Source: Histomonas meleagridis 2922-C6/04-290x
Taxonomy: Eukaryota; Protista; Parabasalia
Assembly (NCBI GenBank): GCA_020184695.1
Contig: JAANOX010000261.1
Coordinates: 124,001 to 188,000 of the forward strand
Direction: 5' to 3'
Length of the DNA: 64,000 nt
Below, piece by piece: positions 14,001 to 23,484 of the stretch (the stretch's first letter is position 1; each line of letters opens with the position of its first letter). The notes under the pieces were generated by a model. That model ran no database searches. It was not told the DNA's origin and saw only the letters and a list, made by a program, of their open reading frames with translations. The translations under genes and the position numbers were made by a program.

Positions 14001-14889
14001 CGATTCGGAACTTATCAAAGGATTCGACACCAAAAATGAACAAAAAGAAAAAGAAATTGAAGCAGCTACAAATGAAATAAATGAATTAGAAAAAGAAATC
14101 GAAAAATTAGATGCAAAAGATGAAAACATTAATTTAGACTTGAATCCATATAAAATACAGATTAAAGACGACTTGAAATATATAAAGGATCAACTTGAGC
14201 AAATGAAAAAAGAATTACAAGAACAAAGAGATATTATCGAGAAAACATTAGAAAACACGAAAGAAAATATTAAGAAATTATTACAAGATGCTTATAACGA
14301 AGCTTCAAATGTTATCACAGAATATAAAAAGAAAATCAAAAATAAACAAAAAGAAATTAAAGAAATTCAACAAGAAATGAGCAATGAAGTTCAAGAATCG
14401 AAGAATATTATGGAAAGAATTGAGAAAAAGTTTTCTAACATTGTGGTTGATCCTAATCAACCAATTACTCAAGAATTGATAAATATCGAAGATGTAACAA
14501 ATGGAAAATTGGACTTCAAAAATTTGATCAACGAATTCAATCAAAAAGTCGGCGATTTTGAATTCAGACTTAACAATACTATTCAAAAAGTGATCAAGAC
14601 TTCTGAAATCATTCAAAAAGATGAAGAATTCGAAAAGTTAAAACAAAATATACAAAGACAATATCAAGTCAAAGAAAACTTCAAAATGTTTTTAAGAGTT
14701 GCACGGAAGGTAGTCAATTTAATAAATGTTTCTAAAAGAATGGCGCAAATGTGTAATGGAACAAGCAAAATAATTACAGAGCGAATACAAAAAGAAAGAT
14801 CAAATCCGGAGGCGACAGTTGCAGGCACAGATATAACATTCCAAGATATGAGAAAAGAAATCATTGAGAAATGTAATCCTACTAAATAA
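11077..14889 (+). CDS. Large acidic repeat and coiled-coil protein of unknown function (1270 aa)
   Basis: Uninterrupted ORF with a central Glu/Lys-rich repeat array and a C-terminal coiled coil. Confidence 0.8.
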   Translation: MHKLTHLELKICELIEDKYVGAGHTFDHRSTLDEEAFTHSNFLIKNRFKDMHFGIEDRKKKYEEFDEACYITKFKERINIKYELLVNILENCGAMINTSLMLQFPVNSFGISIRKMSHKSQIRYLIVFFICWLPNQIEIENYFNSIYSSNDKNISDSIIFLQYINEYRKIIHLNELNSALPDTQMVARKVVDDEKFTTTAPSQLFLTLLTKSDFVSIITQQFEYIRVSIGKDNERGLNFQFWKKNTPIYWYQLTNIMYEDLSLKDQIFGKGKKNENKITKIGNIQTENVQPLIKVEDKTEKKEEIDDIFDDEPETILDLGEKNFSEQILKKMPTEEEIIEKKEHEEEIIEKKEHEEEEIIEKKEHEEEIKESEHEEEIKEIFEDEPETLIPENRNINYDYLLNKLPTEKKIKEEIEEEKMKQKEEVKEIFDDEPETLTNGAESNKYDYLLNKLPTEEEIKKEIEEEKLKQKEEVKEIFDDEPETLISEQENTDYDYLLNKLPTEKEIKKEIEEEKLKQKAEEVKEKKEETKEIFEDKPESLMSEQENADYDYLLNKLPTEKEIKKEIEEEKLKQKAEEVKEKKEETKEIFEDKPESLMSEQENADYGYLLNKLPAEEEIKKEIEEEKLKQKAEEVKEKKEETKEIFEDKPESLMSEQENADYEHLLNELPKEEEIKKKIEEEKMRQKEKEVKEKKEETKEIFADEPETLISERKNADYNYLLNNLPAEEEIRKEIEEEKLKQKAEEVKEKKEETKEIFADEPETLISEQGEGKYDYLLNNLPTEEEIKREIEEEKLKQKAEEVKEKKEEIKEIFADEPETLISEQGEGKYDYLLNNLPTEEEINKEIEEEKLKQKAEEVKEKKEEIKEIFEDEPKTLISDNNNNNFDYLLKNLPTTDDIKSDIQKRDLEIESQYQNQIKEREVELEQLENNLANVNNIINEHEKVPIELNNGTQKTLKELKSDAENLRKHLNVKSDSELIKGFDTKNEQKEKEIEAATNEINELEKEIEKLDAKDENINLDLNPYKIQIKDDLKYIKDQLEQMKKELQEQRDIIEKTLENTKENIKKLLQDAYNEASNVITEYKKKIKNKQKEIKEIQQEMSNEVQESKNIMERIEKKFSNIVVDPNQPITQELINIEDVTNGKLDFKNLINEFNQKVGDFEFRLNNTIQKVIKTSEIIQKDEEFEKLKQNIQRQYQVKENFKMFLRVARKVVNLINVSKRMAQMCNGTSKIITERIQKERSNPEATVAGTDITFQDMRKEIIEKCNPTK
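12200..13760 (+). repeat. Coding tandem array of about 10-11 units of ~46-53 aa (EIFEDEPETLISEQENADYDYLLNKLPTEEEIKKEIEEEKLKQKAEEVKEKKEETK)
   Basis: Repeated units visible in both protein and DNA. Near-identical neighbouring units (e.g. KPESLMSEQENADY x3, QGEGKYDY x2). Confidence 0.95.
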
Positions 14890-15019
14890 AACTATGGTTG
14901 TTGTTCTTTATTGAAACAACAAAATGTATTTTGTAAACAACCATAAAATTGTGTTTTAATATATGAAATAACAATTAATTAATTAAAATCAATAAAAAAT
15001 ATTTTTATTAATAATTTAG

Positions 15020-16856
15020 TTAATCACTATCATTGATATCATTACTTTCACTATCAGATTCGTGTTCATATTCAGTATCTGAGGAATAATCAAAAATAAT
15101 TTCAGGAGATTTTATGGCAAATGTATTTGGATCTTCTCCTGTTTTTTCACAGAAACATTTAATGATTTCATTGTTTTCAGACATTGCTGCTAACATTTTC
15201 GGCGTTTCCTCATTTTCATCTTTAATACTAATATCAATTTTCTCATTTTCAAGTAATTCGTGGATAATATCTAAATATTGATAAGATACAGCCCAATGTA
15301 ATGGAGTCATAAAACATAAAAATAAACACCAAAAAAACATAAAAAATAGAATCATCACAAATATTTACATCAACACTTTCAATTGACAGTAATAATCTTA
15401 CAATATCAATATTATTATTCATAACAGCTAAGAACAAAGGTGTTTTAAAACATAAAAATAAATTCCATTTGCATTCTTATTATTAAAGTCAACGATTTCA
15501 TTTGAATCACAAAACATTTTCAAAGCGAATTCATCATTCATTTTAACAACAATATGAATTGGTGCATCACCATCTTTATTGTGTAAATTTGGTTTAATTT
15601 TATTATTTTTTGATAATAAATATTCAATCATTTTATCATTAAAACTTAAAGCAGCAATATGTAAAGGAGTATTAAAACCAAAAAACAAATTCCAAATTCA
15701 AAAAATCAAAATAAACATCATTTACATTTAAATCAAATTCATTATTAACATACATTTGCACAACAACAAAATTATTTGATTTAACAGCAGCGAAAAATGC
15801 GTCTTTCGAATTATTAATTATGTTTTTCACATCATTTGATTTATCTTTTATCCAAACAAAAAATTTCGATATGTGAAACTCAGCTGAAACTTTTAAAGCT
15901 CCTTCGCAATTATATCCATCGCTTTGTAATGAATCGATAATTTGCGGATGCCAACCTGCAATAGCAAAATGTATTATGTTACGTTTTTTATCATCTAAAA
16001 GATTTATATCTGCTTTTAGACTTTTCAAATATAAATAACATGTTAATGATCCGAAGTAACTACAAAACTGTATAAGCGTTGGATGATTTTGTAATATATA
16101 ATGTGATTCAAAGATATTCGGATCAATTCGATCATTAACTCGAATTTCTTCATTGTTAATTAACGTTTTAAGTCGTATTAAGTCATCATGTCGAAGAACA
16201 TCTGATAAATAATTGGAATTTGTATAACGATTTGATAAATCACTCCATTCAACCCAATTGTTATGTTGGTACTGAGGAATTTGATTTAGAAATGGTAAAT
16301 AAATTTCATTCGGATATTTTTGTTGACAAAATGAAAATATTTCTTCATAAAAAATTTTGTCCGATTTATATAAATCACCTGCAAAATAACAAAAAAGTAA
16401 ACATATAGAATCAGAAAACTTCTTGTTTAAATTAAAAAATTCACGAATTTTTAAAATTAAATTAATATTTGAAAAAATGGATTTTACATAACATTGGCGA
16501 ATAAAACGGAATTTCCCACATTCTTCATCAATCACACGGTTTTTACGTATTGTGTAAAAGAAACGATCTAAAATCATTTCGGGTAATTCAGAAAGACAAT
16601 TTTTGGATGAACAATAATGAAGAATTGTTTTTGTAAGACCAACGTAAAGATTTATAACAAATGGTCTATAGTTTGCACCCATCAGTAAGGCTTGAACAAC
16701 ATGTGATAATCTATTTGGCGAGGTTGAAAAACGAGATTTAGCAATGTAAGATGCAAGGTTAACAACACCTTCTTCTGTTAAGTTAAAAATTTGTTCTTGT
16801 AAATAACAAACATCGTTAACAGTCTCTTCAACTGAAACATTAATTACTTCTTCCAT
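15020..16856 (-). CDS. Ankyrin-repeat protein with long N-terminal helical region; coding frame interrupted by three AT-rich insertions
   Basis: Ankyrin motifs NTPLHIAA, DAPIHIVV, KTPLFLAV, MTPLHWAV and ETPKMLAA lie in successive frames separated by inserts at about 15674-15716, 15447-15463 and 15311-15347. N-terminal LRHDDL...PTLIQFCSYFGS resembles the parabasalid DUF3447-type ankyrin family. Confidence 0.8.
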
Positions 16857-17181
16857 TTACTAAAGGAAAGTTGCACGTTTAAAATCTTTTTCGAAAAATT
16901 GGATAAAAGAAATAATGTTAAACCAATTCTTTCATATTTAAAACCTTATAGCTAGTGAGGATTATAATATGTTAAATTTTTGAAATGTATGAAATAATTA
17001 TCATTAATCTTCTCACTATTTTAAATATTTTATGTGCTTTTTAAAAAAAAAATCATGTACTTGAAAAGAATTTTGTTAAATTAATGTATTTTTATATAAA
17101 AAAAATTCTAACTTTTTTACTTCTTTGTTTTGATCAAATTTTGATCGTTTAAACAAATAAAATATAGCTCAAATAGCAAGT

Positions 17182-18133
17182 TTGGTTATTAAAAAATTTG
17201 ATGATCTTTATCCATCATTTTTCAATTTAGTTGTAATTCAAATTGTCTTTGAATTGTTTGCAAAACAAAAAATTGATTTTGATACATATTTAAATTATAT
17301 TAAGGAAGTCGAAGCATTAGAAGAAAAGGTCAAAAGTACTTCAAATATATTACAAGTATTTATTAACTTTCTTCTTTGTAGTAAGTCAAGGGAATCATAT
17401 TATTTACTTGAAAAATTACTTGAGCATAATTTAGTGGAACCGAAGAGTGTTTTATATCATAAAATGAATGCATATTTTGTACATTATATGACAGAAGAAG
17501 AAATTTCAACCATGAGTAATGCTTATGATAAATTTAAAATCAGATAGCCGAACTTCGAAAGGCATTAGGAAAAGTATGTATTGCACATCATAATTATGAA
17601 ATTTTTATATTTTTGCTTAAAGATGGAATGAAAATTAATGATTCTATTATAAATGAATCAGCAAGGATTGGAAATATATTTATGAAGAGATATTTTCTTA
17701 AAGAGCATAAGATACCTAAAAATATTTTAGGTTATTCTTTGGAATCAGGAAATATTGAAGTTTTCAAATATTTTCTTGCACAACAAGGAATTAATATCAA
17801 TGAAAATAATTTGGTGTCTCAAAGTAATATTTGGAAATTATTTGAATTATTTAAAACAGCTCTTATGCTAGCATCTGAAAATGGTCATACAGAAGTAGTT
17901 CAATTACTTCTTCAACAAAAAGGTATTTATATAAATGCTAAAGATATATATTTGTTATATTTGATATTTAATATAATAATTCTTTATTTCTAAATAATAT
18001 ATAATAATCATTTAAAATATTTTATTCTGCATTTCATTGTGCATTTGAATATTGTCAACATGAAATTGCTCTAATGCTCAAGAAATCTAAACCCAACGGA
18101 TTTTTTTATGATTTACATATATATCGTCAATAA
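17182..18133 (+). pseudogene. Degenerate ankyrin-repeat gene (paralog of 34914-35672) with two loop insertions
   Basis: SARIGN, IPKNILGYSLESGNIE, KTALMLASENGHTEVV and YSAFHCA motifs; stop at 17547; inserts at 17808-17852 and 17946-18023. Confidence 0.7.
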
Positions 18134-18154
18134 AAATTTAATTTACAAAATATT

Positions 18155-21100
18155 TTATTCAGTTTGTTCATTTGTATAACCGATCATTGCTTCCATATCG
18201 TCATCATTAAATGACGTATAAACAGTTTTCCTTAATCGATTAACTTCTTCTTGTAACTTATTAATTTTATTTTCTTGCACTTTCTTTGCTCTCTTCAGTC
18301 TGGATATCATCATCACTTGTTTCAGACGACTTTTTCTTGCTTCTGCCACGTCTTCACTACTTTTCATTTTCAAGTTATAAATCTTTTTTCTTTCTTTTAA
18401 GTTCAATTGCATATTTAAAATATCTTTTTCGATTTTATCGTTTTCTTTTTTCTTTAAATTAATTTTTCGTTGAACTCTTTTAAGGTTTTCTTTTTCTCTT
18501 TTCATTCTAATTTCAAAAGTATCTTTTGAATGTTTTAATCCATTATTTAATGAATTAATCTCCGCTTGATTCCGATTAATTGTACTTCCCATTATTAATT
18601 CTTGATCAAGTTTCGTCACTCTAAATAATTGATATTCTTTAACTTCTTCATTTAAGTTAGTTAATTCAACATTACTCTTTTCGATTTCCCATTTTAATAT
18701 TTTATGATTACTTCGTTGTTGGCGCATATTTTCTAATTCGTCAAGTTTCTTTTTACCTGCTTCCAATATTAATTTATTTAATTTAATGATAATACTTTTA
18801 TCAATTAATATCAAATCATTATTATCGATTAAGATTTCATCATTCGATATTTCAACTTGTCCTTGTCGAAATGTAAATGGTATATGAATATCAATTAATG
18901 TAATTAATAATTCATCAATTAATTTCGATTGGTTTTCATGAAGTTTGTCAATATTTATATTTATGTTTTGGATTTCATTCTCTAAAATCTTTAAACGATT
19001 CTTTAACTCATTTAAATCATTTTGACGTTCTGATGATTCATGTGAATATCGAATTTTTCGTTCACAATAATCAATGAAGTTCTTCCATGAAGTTTCAGGT
19101 AAATTCGTCGGTCGATTCTTTTGGATTTCTGTTAAATCGTCAATAAATGTATTTGGCGATTGATTAAATTGTTGGAAAATGTTTGGCCCATTTAATATCT
19201 TTGGTTTAATTCGTCGAGAAATCGAATTAAACATTCGAATGATTTGATTAAAACAATCTTTGTTCTTAAATTCTTTTGTAACTTGTGACTTTAAATTTTC
19301 GAGATTTAATTCCGAAACTGAATAAGATTCATTTAATTGTTTAGATAATTGTGTTAATTCATTTAATTTCGGTATTTTTTCATGTTGTTTAATTAACTCA
19401 TTTGATATTTCATTAATATTATCATTAATTTCTGTTCGGATTTTTCGTTCGGAATTTAATCCTTCAATTAAATGCATTATTTCAAGTTCATGATAAAATA
19501 TTTTCTCTTCGACATCAAATCGATTCATATAACTAATACACATTTGATTATCAAATTCTTCGATCGATGATATATTCCCTTTAATAAGTTTCGTAAGTTC
19601 AGCATTTAAAGCTTTTCGACGTTTTTCTCGTTCTTCAAGGAAATTCTTTAATTTCTTCTCGAATTCTTGGATTTGATATTGTTCTTCTTCAGTTAAATCT
19701 TCTTTCTTCTTCTTGTCCATCCATTCAGGTCTTTCAGGTTCATCATCATCAGGCGCTTCTTCCATATCATCCATATTAACTTTACCGCCCATCATTGATT
19801 TTAATGCTCTTTCAGCAAATGAATCTTTTTCTAATTCATTTGAATTCTCCAAATTTATAACTTTTTGATTTATTTGTTTCTTTAAATGTATTTCTTCATC
19901 TTTTACATTTAAAAATGATTCTGGATTTTCATTATCTTGTGATATAGGTTCAAATATTTGATTATTATAATCATTTATGTTTAAATGTAATAATCGAATT
20001 ATTTGTTTAATTCTTTTATTACGATCATTTATAGTTTGTATTAAGTTTTCTTTTCGTTCTAACATTTTATCGAATTCTTTATTAAAATCATTTAATTCAT
20101 CATAAATTAAATCTTGTATAATATTTAATTGTGTAATCTTTCGATTAGATGTAATAATAGTTAAAGGATCATAAAGTAATTTAAATTTATCTTTTACAAT
20201 AAGTTCTTCATCTTGTTCTTCAATTGATAAATGTATTAATGAATTAGAACGTGATGATAAATATCGTGCGCCATCTAATGACATATCTTGATTAGATGTC
20301 GATTTAATATGATTCGGATCATTTGTTGGGACTTTATAACGTAATGCAGCAATTTCTGTACGACGTAATAACATTATACAATGATATTTACGTTTAGCTT
20401 TTTCATCTTGAATTGGTAAAGGAAAATTATCAAAAGAAACATTTTTCTTAAAGGAATAAATTGTAGTTAATTTAGGTTCAAAAGGTTTATAACATTTTTC
20501 GATAATTTTTTGTGATAATATATTACGAATTTGATTTTTAATTCTTCTTCTTAAATAAATAATTTTAGATCGAATTTCAGAATATGTTTCAAGTTTTTTA
20601 GACGTGGAAATATCTAATGTAAATTCCGTAGGTGGAAGTTTTTCAAGTTCTGGTGCATTATCATTTTCTTGAACTAATTCCATAAATTCATCTTTTAATT
20701 TCTTTAATTTTTGTTTAATTTCATTTTGGAATTCTTCTGTTTCAGTAATTTGAAGTTTTCTATTTTCTAATTTTATTTGATTTATTAAAGCAGTCTCTTC
20801 ATAACCTGAACCATCATCAGCTTGGAAACCATCTTCTTCAGTATTTGTATCATATTCTCGATCATTCCAAATTTCGGAAATCGTACGAATTTGTTGTTCT
20901 ATTTCATATACTCTACTTACTGATATCTTAAAAGCACCTTTCGGGAATTGGAAATGATCGGAAATAATTGGAGAAGAATTAACTTTTAATGAATACATAT
21001 TAATACTACCATCATAACCAACAGAAAACAATTTTTTTTCATCTGGCGAAAATAATACATTCGAAATCGAACCATTTTTAGGATAATGATTTATCACGTT

Positions 21101-22996
21101 TAATAAAACAGATTTAACTTGTGCAGTAGAAACATCAATTTCACGTAATATTAATGTTGAACCAGTACAACCACTAGCTACGAATCTTTGTGAAGGAGAA
21201 ATAGCTATTGATGAAATAGGTTTAATATGACCTAAAAATATATCATCTGGTGCAGAAGGTTCAGATTCATTAAATCCAACAATATCTAATTCATTCGATG
21301 TTATTGGCATACAATAATATTTTACTGTTTTATCATCACAACCACAATAAAAATATTGTTGTTCTTCTCTTAATTGTGACTCACTAACAATACATGTAAT
21401 ATTATTTGATACTTTAAGTATCGCTTGATTTAATGAATCAATTGATATTAAAAAGTTTTCCGTTGTTGTGGATTCATTAGGGATATCAATACGTATAATT
21501 TCTTTATGTCCAGTAGCTATTAAAAGTTGTTGAACTTCTCCAAGTGGTGGAGGAGAAGATAAACTAACAATAGAAGTTTTAAGTTTTATTAGCCCTATTA
21601 AAGGGAAAAGCTTTAATGGATCTGTTTTAATAATTACTATAGTGCCACAAATACTTCCGGAGATTATATAATTTGTTGTTACTACGATCGATGTAATTGC
21701 ATCATTATGTAATCGTTCTCGATATAAAAGTATAGGTTGTGCAGGATCAAACATATTAATAATACGTAAAACTCCACTTTTAGATCCAACCACAAGTAAA
21801 TTACCTCCTGTTGATGATGATAATGATGTTAATGAATCATTTCCAAAACTTAATGTTTGAAGTAAACTTAAATATGGTGTAAATGACCATATACGTAATG
21901 TACCATCAATTCCAGCAGTAATTAAATTATGTGGTAAACATACTGCTGATGTAATTGCTCCTTTATGTGTATCTCTTAAACTAATCATTGTAGTTTGTTT
22001 AAATTCATTACCTTCTGTTGATATTTCAGAACATATTAATGAGTTCTTTTGTGTCCCAAAAATTAATATGTTCGTGTTAGGAAATATCAGTAAAAATAAA
22101 AGTGATGAATTAGTATCAACTACAAATAATTCTTGCGTCTTATATAGATCATCAAATGGAAGCCAATAAAGACTACCAGATGTGCCACTTACTAAAAGAT
22201 AAGAACCTACACAAAGAAGAGCTGTTGGAGTTTGTTCACCTTCGCCAAGATTTCCAAGTTTAATCGGATTATTAATTATTTTTCCAGTTGTTGGATCAAC
22301 TATAAGAATTTCGCCTTTAGTCGTGCCAACAAAACAATGATCTTGTGGTGACCAACATAATGATGTTACTGGATCAGTGACATCGGAAATTATTTCGGTA
22401 AATATATAATTATTAGATGACCCACAAAGTGTATAAAAGCGAAGATATGAATGCTTTTGGTCATCAAGCTCTTCTGGAATGGACGGATAACTATCATCAA
22501 CATCTCCATACGTTGCAAACATTCGTGGATGCATTGGACATGATGATATGTGTTGACCTATTGGAAGCTCTGACGTTAAAAATGTAACTTCTGTTTTCTG
22601 TTGATAATTAAAGGCAGATAAACGAAAGGTTGGATATCTTCCAAGAGAAAAAAGCCATTCTCCATCAAATGAAAATTCAAGATCATATAAACCATAAACA
22701 TCAGGGACTGTAATTGATCCTGTTTCATCTCCATTTGAGTTACATAAATGAATTTGTGGATTTAATATATCATCTGAATATGCAAGAATGTGATGAATAG
22801 GTGTTGCAGACATTGCTGAAAAACCTGTAAGTTTCCCATTAATTGTGCCTATCATTTCCATCGAACTTTGATTATTGTATGAACATATCTGTAAAAAATT
22901 CCCTGCTCGAATACAAAAAATGTTTTGATCTAAAAAGCACGTGCCAAAAGAAGCATCAAATCCAAGGCATTCATTATGGGAAATGATGCTTTCCAT
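18155..22996 (-). CDS. CFAP43: Cilia- and flagella-associated protein 43-like (WD40 repeats plus long coiled coil)
   Basis: 1613 aa with N-terminal WD repeats (LITAGIDGTLRIW), FRQGQVE motif and C-terminal EVNRLRKTVYTSF, as recalled for CFAP43/WDR96. Confidence 0.75.
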   Translation of the reverse strand: MESIISHNECLGFDASFGTCFLDQNIFCIRAGNFLQICSYNNQSSMEMIGTINGKLTGFSAMSATPIHHILAYSDDILNPQIHLCNSNGDETGSITVPDVYGLYDLEFSFDGEWLFSLGRYPTFRLSAFNYQQKTEVTFLTSELPIGQHISSCPMHPRMFATYGDVDDSYPSIPEELDDQKHSYLRFYTLCGSSNNYIFTEIISDVTDPVTSLCWSPQDHCFVGTTKGEILIVDPTTGKIINNPIKLGNLGEGEQTPTALLCVGSYLLVSGTSGSLYWLPFDDLYKTQELFVVDTNSSLLFLLIFPNTNILIFGTQKNSLICSEISTEGNEFKQTTMISLRDTHKGAITSAVCLPHNLITAGIDGTLRIWSFTPYLSLLQTLSFGNDSLTSLSSSTGGNLLVVGSKSGVLRIINMFDPAQPILLYRERLHNDAITSIVVTTNYIISGSICGTIVIIKTDPLKLFPLIGLIKLKTSIVSLSSPPPLGEVQQLLIATGHKEIIRIDIPNESTTTENFLISIDSLNQAILKVSNNITCIVSESQLREEQQYFYCGCDDKTVKYYCMPITSNELDIVGFNESEPSAPDDIFLGHIKPISSIAISPSQRFVASGCTGSTLILREIDVSTAQVKSVLLNVINHYPKNGSISNVLFSPDEKKLFSVGYDGSINMYSLKVNSSPIISDHFQFPKGAFKISVSRVYEIEQQIRTISEIWNDREYDTNTEEDGFQADDGSGYEETALINQIKLENRKLQITETEEFQNEIKQKLKKLKDEFMELVQENDNAPELEKLPPTEFTLDISTSKKLETYSEIRSKIIYLRRRIKNQIRNILSQKIIEKCYKPFEPKLTTIYSFKKNVSFDNFPLPIQDEKAKRKYHCIMLLRRTEIAALRYKVPTNDPNHIKSTSNQDMSLDGARYLSSRSNSLIHLSIEEQDEELIVKDKFKLLYDPLTIITSNRKITQLNIIQDLIYDELNDFNKEFDKMLERKENLIQTINDRNKRIKQIIRLLHLNINDYNNQIFEPISQDNENPESFLNVKDEEIHLKKQINQKVINLENSNELEKDSFAERALKSMMGGKVNMDDMEEAPDDDEPERPEWMDKKKKEDLTEEEQYQIQEFEKKLKNFLEEREKRRKALNAELTKLIKGNISSIEEFDNQMCISYMNRFDVEEKIFYHELEIMHLIEGLNSERKIRTEINDNINEISNELIKQHEKIPKLNELTQLSKQLNESYSVSELNLENLKSQVTKEFKNKDCFNQIIRMFNSISRRIKPKILNGPNIFQQFNQSPNTFIDDLTEIQKNRPTNLPETSWKNFIDYCERKIRYSHESSERQNDLNELKNRLKILENEIQNININIDKLHENQSKLIDELLITLIDIHIPFTFRQGQVEISNDEILIDNNDLILIDKSIIIKLNKLILEAGKKKLDELENMRQQRSNHKILKWEIEKSNVELTNLNEEVKEYQLFRVTKLDQELIMGSTINRNQAEINSLNNGLKHSKDTFEIRMKREKENLKRVQRKINLKKKENDKIEKDILNMQLNLKERKKIYNLKMKSSEDVAEARKSRLKQVMMISRLKRAKKVQENKINKLQEEVNRLRKTVYTSFNDDDMEAMIGYTNEQTE

Positions 22997-23484
22997 TGTT
23001 TTAAGGGAAATTCCAAGATTAAATAACGGTTTTATACGTTACCCTATTTAACGGTCGTTTGATGGAAAAGAAAAAAAAAATATTTTCGGGAAAAACTTAA
23101 GAATTTTGAAAAAGAAAATTTAAAATAGTGATGAAAGAAGAACAATTGTGAATTGTACCTGTGAGTTATTAATTTTCTTCCTTAAACATCTATATACTCT
23201 CTTATTTTTTCAGCTACTTCAAAGTATTTTGTTTATCTTATTGGTTATTTCGATTCGTTTCACAATGGGATCTTGTATTAAAACATTTTTGTTTGTACAC
23301 AACAAGATTTGAATATATGGTATTTAATATTAAATTTTTTTTTCAAATAAATTTTTATAACGAAACTTTATTAAAATAAGTAAAAGTATTGTTATACATT
23401 TTATACTCGGAGTGAATCTTCAAGATTCGCTATGGATTCTTAAACGGGTCCCCAAAATGTAAACACAATGAAATAATTATCAAT

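Noticed and set aside
11717-14864. Antisense and alternative-frame ORFs over the acidic repeat gene (also over 38-44 kb, the formin and RPS23)
   Set aside because: Low-complexity shadows of real genes (F/S/L-rich); no independent motifs.
23161-23213. GTGAGT...TTTCAG intron-like segment in the CFAP43-formin intergenic region
   Set aside because: No convincing flanking ORF and no parabasalid ACTAAC branch motif; may be chance.
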